Positions 58,908 through 64,000 of a stretch of DNA of 64,000 nucleotides are shown in pieces. Position 1 is the first letter of the stretch, and each line of letters opens with the position of its first letter. The notes beneath the pieces were generated by a model. It was not told the DNA's origin and made no database searches. It was given only the letters and a program-made list of their open reading frames with translations. This DNA comes from a virus: positions 30,583 through 94,582 of IMG/VR virus record IMGVR_UViG_3300001765_000033; one strand, written 5' to 3'. The position numbers were made by a program, and so were the translations under genes.

Positions 58908-59042
58908 ATGTGTGTAATTGTTTACTCTGGCGAATCAATCATTGAACAAGTTATTTGCTTGTCTCAAGAGCAATTGGTAAAAATAGCTTATTACTGGACA
59001 GAAGAGGGCTTCAAAATTAAAATTGTTGACTCTCTCGTATAA
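58908..59042 (+). CDS. Small hypothetical protein (44 aa)
   Basis: TGTGATATAAT promoter; AGGAG SD inside an AGACTC/GAGTCT hairpin. Confidence 0.5.
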   Translation: MCVIVYSGESIIEQVICLSQEQLVKIAYYWTEEGFKIKIVDSLV

Positions 59043-59051
59043 ATCAAAAAT

Positions 59052-59681
59052 ATGATAAAACTAAATCCTATACCAAGGCAGCAAGATGTTGTCTTTAAAA
59101 ATGGAGCATTTGTTGAAAAGCCAAATAAAAAATTTGTTAAGCTTTTGGTTGCTTCCATTGTGACTATTTTATTTTCCTGCTCTTATCACCCGGCTACTTT
59201 GCCAGAAATGGTTGTTGAAAAAGTTCCTGTTAAAACCGTAGAAAATAAAATTGGTGAATATATCTCTAAGCAAAATAAGACAATTCCAGTCTCCGATGTT
59301 GAGCAAATTGCTACATCCATTGTAAAATGGTCAGATCATTTTAAAGTTGATCCTAAGCTTTTGGTTGCTGTCGCCCAAGTCGAATCTGGATTTAATAAAT
59401 TCAGTATTAGCTCTGGTGGTGCTTTGGGTGTTATGCAGATGATACCATCTTGGCATCTTGATAAACTAAAGGTGGCAACAAAAGAACTTGGTTCGCCTGA
59501 GTTGTTTGATCCAAACGTAAACATTTATGTTGGGGCTTGGATTCTGAAAGACTGCATGAAAAAATTTAACTCACAGGTTAATGCGCTTCGTTGCTATTCT
59601 GGTAGTAACGCAGTTCCTAACGGGTATGAAGATAAAGTTAAGGCAGCAGTAACATCTGTTTCTAGGTTTGTTTCAATTTGA
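59052..59681 (+). CDS. Membrane-anchored lytic transglycosylase (SLT)
   Basis: TM segment, VES.F, S.GA.G.MQ, LFDP..NI..GA.IL. Confidence 0.88.
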   Translation: MIKLNPIPRQQDVVFKNGAFVEKPNKKFVKLLVASIVTILFSCSYHPATLPEMVVEKVPVKTVENKIGEYISKQNKTIPVSDVEQIATSIVKWSDHFKVDPKLLVAVAQVESGFNKFSISSGGALGVMQMIPSWHLDKLKVATKELGSPELFDPNVNIYVGAWILKDCMKKFNSQVNALRCYSGSNAVPNGYEDKVKAAVTSVSRFVSI

Positions 59682-60346
59682 AAGTCGTTTCCATCAATAA
59701 AGAGACTGCGGATTATTTTGTTTTGAATAAACATTACACCAAACGCGCTTCTATATTTTGGAAAGGATTTGGGTTGGTTATTGGAGACAAAATTGATGGC
59801 GTCTGTGTGTATGGACAACCATCACCAGCAATCCAGTCTCATGCATTCGCTGGTCGTGATTTTAGACTTTATGAATTGTCAAGGTTAGTGATTCAGACTA
59901 CTCAGAGAAATGCTGCTTCGTTCTTGATAGCAAACTCTCTTAGGATGCTCGAAACGCCTTGTGCAGTGGTGTCATATGCCGACACCGATAAAGGTCACTG
60001 TGGCATCGTTTATCAGGCTACAAACTGGCTATATACTGGGTCTACAGTGTCACATGATAAGAAATTTTTGATCGATGGTAAAGTGTGTCACTCAATGACG
60101 GTCATGAATAAAAATGGGATTACTGATCCTGTCAGATGGGCTAAAGAAAATGATGTTGAAATGATTGACCAAAAACCAAAACATCGATATTTTTATTTTT
60201 GTGGCAATAAGTACGAAAAGAAAATGATGAAGTCGAAATTGGTGTATAATGAGCAACCTTATCCAAAATCGGATAAGACAATGTATGACGCTGGAGCAAA
60301 TTTAGAAGTTTTTGCTCCAAGTTCTCTTGATGAATTTTTTAGTTAA
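59678..60346 (+). CDS. Mom-like GNAT DNA modification enzyme
   Basis: HY, ELSRL, N.AS.LI..SLR, VSYAD...H.G.VYQA.NW.YTG, KHRY. Confidence 0.8.
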   Translation: MKVVSINKETADYFVLNKHYTKRASIFWKGFGLVIGDKIDGVCVYGQPSPAIQSHAFAGRDFRLYELSRLVIQTTQRNAASFLIANSLRMLETPCAVVSYADTDKGHCGIVYQATNWLYTGSTVSHDKKFLIDGKVCHSMTVMNKNGITDPVRWAKENDVEMIDQKPKHRYFYFCGNKYEKKMMKSKLVYNEQPYPKSDKTMYDAGANLEVFAPSSLDEFFS

Positions 60347-60360
60347 TATGAAGGGCAATT

Positions 60361-60639
60361 ATGAAAATTAGTGTTTTAAAACTTATCAGTGGTGAAGAAG
60401 TCCTAGCTAGAGAAAATGAATCTCTAAGTGGTTCGACCTATTCAAAACCAATGATGATTCAGATGATGCAAAGTCAACAGGGAATGGGTATGGGGTTGGT
60501 TCCTTGGATTATGTCAGCACCAGATGCAGACGTTGAAATTGATCCAAAGTTTATTGTGTGTAAGGTTGGCGCAAGTAAGCAAGTTGAAGATGCATATTTA
60601 CAACAAACTTCTGGTATTGATTTGAGTGGTAGGGCGTAA
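60361..60639 (+). CDS. Conserved Sm-like hypothetical protein
   Basis: KLISGEEVLAR, Y.Q.TSGI. Confidence 0.75.
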   Translation: MKISVLKLISGEEVLARENESLSGSTYSKPMMIQMMQSQQGMGMGLVPWIMSAPDADVEIDPKFIVCKVGASKQVEDAYLQQTSGIDLSGRA

Positions 60640-60640
60640 A

Positions 60641-60889
60641 ATGTATAACGTGAATGGACAAGAATACGAAGATTTGCAATCTGCAACCGTAGCAGCAATT
60701 AAACATTCTTCTGGTGGAAACCGCAGTCAAATAACTAAACACTTTCATAAAGGTGCTTCTGGTCAAGGTTATGCTGGATTAAGAAGCGTTGTTGCAAGTT
60801 TCCATGATGGAAGAGATTTGGATGCATCTGCTGCTGACGAAGATGGTAATCCTGATTTAGAAGTTAGAGCAAAAGCTTTGACTAAATAA
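60641..60889 (+). CDS. Hypothetical protein
   Basis: Open frame in the operon. Confidence 0.55.
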   Translation: MYNVNGQEYEDLQSATVAAIKHSSGGNRSQITKHFHKGASGQGYAGLRSVVASFHDGRDLDASAADEDGNPDLEVRAKALTK

Positions 60890-60915
60890 ATTTTTTAAAC
60901 GTGAAAGGGTATATT

Positions 60916-61110
60916 ATGCGTAAACAAATTAAAGTTGGGGTTCGTGTTACAATCCCGGTTGGGACATTGGTTCACTCTCAGGCTTCAAAAAGTCATCGGG
61001 TTAAGCAATCGGTTGTTACAGTTCGTGAAATGACCACTAAAATGTCTGGTGTTGTTCAGATTTCGTGGAAAAGCCGTGGTTATAAAGCAACAACTTCTTT
61101 TAAAAGATAA
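60916..61110 (+). CDS. Basic hypothetical protein
   Basis: Open frame, AAGGG SD. Confidence 0.55.
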   Translation: MRKQIKVGVRVTIPVGTLVHSQASKSHRVKQSVVTVREMTTKMSGVVQISWKSRGYKATTSFKR

Positions 61111-61138
61111 ATAAAGTTAAAAAGTTGTTGCGTGACTC

Positions 61139-61459
61139 AAAAACTGTGTTACAATACATACATGGAACAAAATGATCGAGTTAGGTTCCAAGAAAAGCAA
61201 AAGCAAAATCAAATTTGGTAGTTAAGGTTTATAGCCAGGGCATATTTTCGCTAGCTTGTTGTAACCTCCGTAGTCGGTAGTTAGATGCCGGGCATAGAGG
61301 AAACTGAATAGGTGCGGTGCCGTAGATTATAGAGTTAGCGCAGAGTTGCTGTAAAAAGCGTGATAGCCCTGCCTATAAACCTTAAAAATAAGTGTTGATA
61401 ATACTAAAAACTGTGTTACAATACATACATGGAACAAAATGATCGAGTTAGGTTCCAAG
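61139..61459 (+). repeat. Perfect 54-bp direct repeat (promoter plus GGAAC/GTTCC hairpin) at 61139-61192 and 61406-61459
   Basis: AAAAACTGTGTTACAATACATACATGGAACAAAATGATCGAGTTAGGTTCCAAG, two copies. Confidence 0.92.
61222..61385 (+). ncRNA. Unassigned structured RNA (~164 nt)
   Basis: 13-bp and 6-bp closing stems, inner CGCTAGCT/AGTTAGCG stem; lies between the tandem promoters. Confidence 0.65.
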
Positions 61460-61468
61460 GATTTAGAA

Positions 61469-61479
61469 GCTCTTTAAAA
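61469..61479 (+). promoter_or_regulatory. boxA-like antitermination element
   Basis: GCTCTTTAAAA vs rrn boxA GCTCTTTAACA, just before the first tRNA. Confidence 0.65.
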
Positions 61480-61486
61480 GATTAAT

Positions 61487-61558
61487 GTCGCTATAGTTTA
61501 ATGGTTAGAACCACAGGTTTTCATCCTGTAGATGGGGTTTCGATTACCCCTAGCGACT
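61487..61558 (+). tRNA. tRNA-Glu (UUC), CCA not encoded
   Basis: Acceptor GTCGCTA/TAGCGAC; anticodon arm ACAGG-TTTTCAT-CCTGT; T arm GGGGT-TTCGATT-ACCCC. Confidence 0.88.
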
Positions 61559-61560
61559 CA

Positions 61561-61612
61561 AAATTATGATATTCCTGAGACAATAGCGCGAATATATCAG
61601 GGGTCATAATTT
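61561..61612 (+). ncRNA. Hairpin RNA, short homolog of 62249..62345
   Basis: 27-nt identity (61565-61591 = 62249-62275); AAATTATGA..CCTGA / TCAGG..TCATAATTT stem. Confidence 0.55.
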
Positions 61613-61688
61613 GGGGGCGTAGTGATAGAGGGCTACACGCTGGTTTTGCAATCCAGAGATTGGGGATCGTTACCCCACGCTTCCACCA
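61613..61688 (+). tRNA. tRNA-Ala (UGC)
   Basis: G3.U70 pair, A73, encoded CCA, anticodon loop TTTGCAA; atypical T loop ATCGTTA. Confidence 0.85.
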
Positions 61689-61706
61689 AAATTATTCTCA
61701 AAATTA

Positions 61707-61785
61707 TTCTCGTGTTTAGCGGGGCTAGCGCAAGCTCTTGCCAATGATTAGATAACGTGTTATGCAATGAACACCACGAGAGCCA
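61707..61785 (+). ncRNA. tRNA-like RNA with acceptor stem and CCA but no cloverleaf
   Basis: TCTCGTG / CACGAGA-G-CCA. Confidence 0.55.
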
Positions 61786-62037
61786 AGATACTAAGACAAT
61801 ACAGACTACTATGAGTAGATGAAAACCGAGCCGGAAGATGTTCCGGTCTTCACAGTGCGTGTGGACACAATGAGAAACGTAAGGTGACGATGCGAGAGTA
61901 AGTCGGTCCAGTAGGGGTAGGAAATGTGTTGTTAGCGGAAAGAGTTGCTAGAACGACAAAAGTTATGTAGAAAGCCCGGATGTAAAAATCCCATGACACT
62001 ACTACGATAACGCCGTGCAATCGTTCAAGAATTAAAT

Positions 62038-62061
62038 GTCGCATTAGACTTCTAGTGAGGT
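62038..62061 (+). pseudogene. 5' fragment of a tRNA (acceptor and D-arm-like)
   Basis: GTCGCATTAGACTTCTAGTGAGGT resembles a tRNA-Glu 5' half; no anticodon or T arm follows. Confidence 0.35.
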
Positions 62062-62175
62062 AGAGTGTGCCCGCAATATGGAAATGTCGAGTGCCAATTA
62101 AAAGAACTCACTTCTGCCGAACCTGTAAGTAACACGTGACGATACTATCCGTGTGGCATGGTTCTTAGTTATCAT

Positions 62176-62250
62176 ATTCAAATTCATTGCTGAAGTTGGT
62201 TCAGTTAGACAGGGATATCCAATTGCCTATGTCGTTAGTGAATTTGAATA
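62176..62250 (+). ncRNA. Three-way-junction structured RNA
   Basis: TATTCAAATTCATTG / TAGTGAATTTGAATA closing stem; inner CTGAA/TTCAG and GACA-GG/CC-TATGTC hairpins. Confidence 0.5.
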
Positions 62251-62345
62251 TGATATTCCTGAGACAATAGCGCGACGATAGCACAGCGATAAAACACCGG
62301 GTGACAATAGCATTAGTAGCAACGATATCAGGTATCATACCACCA
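62249..62345 (+). ncRNA. CCA-ended RNA with repeated (G)AC(A/G)ATAGC motifs
   Basis: TATGATA..CCTGA / TCAGG.TATCATA stem followed by CCACCA. Confidence 0.55.
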
Positions 62346-62582
62346 ATTTTCAAAGGCAGTGACGCATGTTTAATAATTATTGGGGAACTACTGAAAGTCC
62401 AAGTTTGGATTTTATTAACTTTCTCGTTAGTGTAGCTCAAGGTGATGAAGATTTTCTAGATTACATCTATGGAGAAGGTCAGTGAGATGCTGATGTTGGT
62501 TATAAACTACACTATTTAAAAACAGTTGTTGTCCATTGTAAAAGTGTGATACAATTCAGTCTTCAACAAAACGGAACCTTTC

Positions 62583-62975
62583 ATGAAAAATCTATCTAAA
62601 TTCGTTGACGTTCTTTCTAAGGGTGAGTATTCACCACAAGAGGTTTGCTTGCAATTAGCAAAGACTGACCCTGAGTTGTTTCTTCAGTTGGTCGAATTGA
62701 CAAATATTAAACGTCAAGATTTGCCTATGTGGGTTAAGCCAGTGACACATGAAATTCGATATGTCGGATTTATCCAATCAATTAAGTTGCTTCGTCAGCA
62801 TACTGGTCTTGGTCTTAAAGAAGCAAAAGAAACCGTTGAAAATCTGATCAATTACAGACTCCATGTTTTGGGTGAGCGTTCTCATTATGATGTTTCGCAT
62901 AAATCAAACAATGAACTTAGTCAAGATTGTGCTAAAATCTTTGATGTTGTGTGTGAAGGATTTGCTAGGTATTAA
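62583..62975 (+). CDS. Protein with ribosomal L7/L12 C-terminal-like domain
   Basis: IQSIKLLRQHTGLGLKEAKETVE; early promoter at 62545. Confidence 0.75.
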   Translation: MKNLSKFVDVLSKGEYSPQEVCLQLAKTDPELFLQLVELTNIKRQDLPMWVKPVTHEIRYVGFIQSIKLLRQHTGLGLKEAKETVENLINYRLHVLGERSHYDVSHKSNNELSQDCAKIFDVVCEGFARY

Positions 62976-62976
62976 C

Positions 62977-63456
62977 ATGAAATTCTTTACTGAGTTAAAA
63001 TCAAAGTTTTTCGGTAAAAAAGATAAGAAAATTGCATTTTTGGATGGCGATCAAAACATTCCTTCGATGCTATCTGCTTATGATATGTATTTGAAAGGCA
63101 TCGAAACTCACCTAGTGCGGGTAGCAAGTTCAAAAAATAGCGAACCAAAGATTTTGCGTAAACTTGATGCCAACATCAATAAAATTTATTTGATGGACTA
63201 CACAGTCGGTAAAGAAATTACTGACAAGTTTATCGGTGCATATATTCAAAAGGCAGTGGACGATGGTTACACTCATATTACGGTCGTATCAAGCGATTAT
63301 GATTTTATTGACATTTTCAAAATGGCAGTTATATTAAATCCTGCTGCAATCGATGTATCGTTTCGTATGATTGTGCCAGATGCTCAGGGTCGGCTAGCTG
63401 ATGTAGATTCTAAAGTAATGAACATTGAAATTGTAAAGATGAAAGATGAAAGATGA
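62977..63456 (+). CDS. NYN/PIN-like nuclease domain protein
   Basis: AFLDGD, GKEITD, VVSSD.DF. Confidence 0.7.
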   Translation: MKFFTELKSKFFGKKDKKIAFLDGDQNIPSMLSAYDMYLKGIETHLVRVASSKNSEPKILRKLDANINKIYLMDYTVGKEITDKFIGAYIQKAVDDGYTHITVVSSDYDFIDIFKMAVILNPAAIDVSFRMIVPDAQGRLADVDSKVMNIEIVKMKDER

Positions 63457-63662
63457 ATAACCTAATCAAAGAGTTGTTAGAAAAATCTGCTGTGTATGAT
63501 GATGCCAGTGGGTATTTTATTAAAACCGATCAAGAAAAATTTGCAAAGTTAATTGTTGAAGAATGTGCTTCTCAATTGTGCTGTGAAAAATTTGTAAATT
63601 CCACGGACAAAAATAAAGTAATGGTAGGCCAAGCAGTTATTCTTAATTATTTTGGTCTTTAA
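63453..63662 (+). CDS. Hypothetical protein
   Basis: MN..IKEL..., EKFA.LIV.EC motif. Confidence 0.65.
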   Translation: MNNLIKELLEKSAVYDDASGYFIKTDQEKFAKLIVEECASQLCCEKFVNSTDKNKVMVGQAVILNYFGL

Positions 63663-64000
63663 TAGTAGTATGAAAATATTTTGGATGAGTTGCGCAGAGT
63701 GTTCTATGACACAACCAATGCAGCCTTGTGAGGCTTGCCCTAATAGGAAGGGCCAAGGATTATGAACGAACGAATTCAGGAACTTTAATATGTCTCCATA
63801 TAAACAAATGCAAGTTATTAGTTATTGCAGGGGGTTAGTTGGGAGTATGTTCGCAGACTTCCATGATGATAATATGAAAGGTAGTAATTTTACATGGGAA
63901 AACTTTCCAAATATGATGGCAAGTTTAGCATCTGCTAATGTTAGTTGTGTTATTCGTACAAATAAAAATACGAAAAAAGATATTGAAACTTTTGCCACTA

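Noticed and set aside
61139-62345. CRISPR mini-array
   Set aside because: Repeats are two-copy (54 and 27 bp) with long structured gaps; no regular spacers and no cas genes.
61850-62440. Minus-strand ORFs 61850..62044 and 62201..62440
   Set aside because: Antisense to the structured RNA operon, with no supporting signals.
1-64000. Stop-codon reassignment
   Set aside because: Core genes are full length under the standard code, and TAA, TGA and TAG all end genes at expected positions.

Overview
A 64 kb segment of a large, AT-rich T4-like myovirus genome. A spanin pair and GH19/SLT muralytic enzymes point to a Gram-negative host. 1-7.9 kb (minus strand, GC-richer): a tail/adhesin module with five glycine-rich paralogs. 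8-11.3 kb: late genes whose N-termini resemble the T4 capsid-targeting sequence (CTS). 11.7-35.6 kb: T4-type replication/recombination core (gp3, a candidate origin with a perfect 62-bp inverted repeat, uvsY, uvsW, 55, 47, 46, rIIA/B, 45, 44, 62, regA, hsp20, 43, uvsX, 40, 41). 35.7-44.5 kb: late head/structural genes and spanins. 44.5-60.6 kb: primase, dUTPase, nrdJ, PAAR, dsbA, rnh, phoH, endolysin, clpP and a Mom-like DNA modifier. 61-62.4 kb: a tRNA and structured-ncRNA operon. Highlights: (1) gp43 is split into two cistrons by a free-standing HNH gene, and the second cistron carries an ORF-less group I intron whose splice sites restore motif B exactly; (2) a set of CTS-like-tagged, late-promoter genes encodes kinase-, methyltransferase-, GNAT- and nuclease-like domains, a candidate virion-delivered enzyme arsenal; (3) a boxA-containing tRNA operon holds several unassigned structured RNAs, some CCA-ended and carrying repeated AC(A/G)AUA motifs; (4) a fossil primase 3' end lies beyond a GIY-YIG insertion; (5) three promoters sit inside terminator-like hairpins. 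All family assignments come from motif recognition by eye, not database searches.
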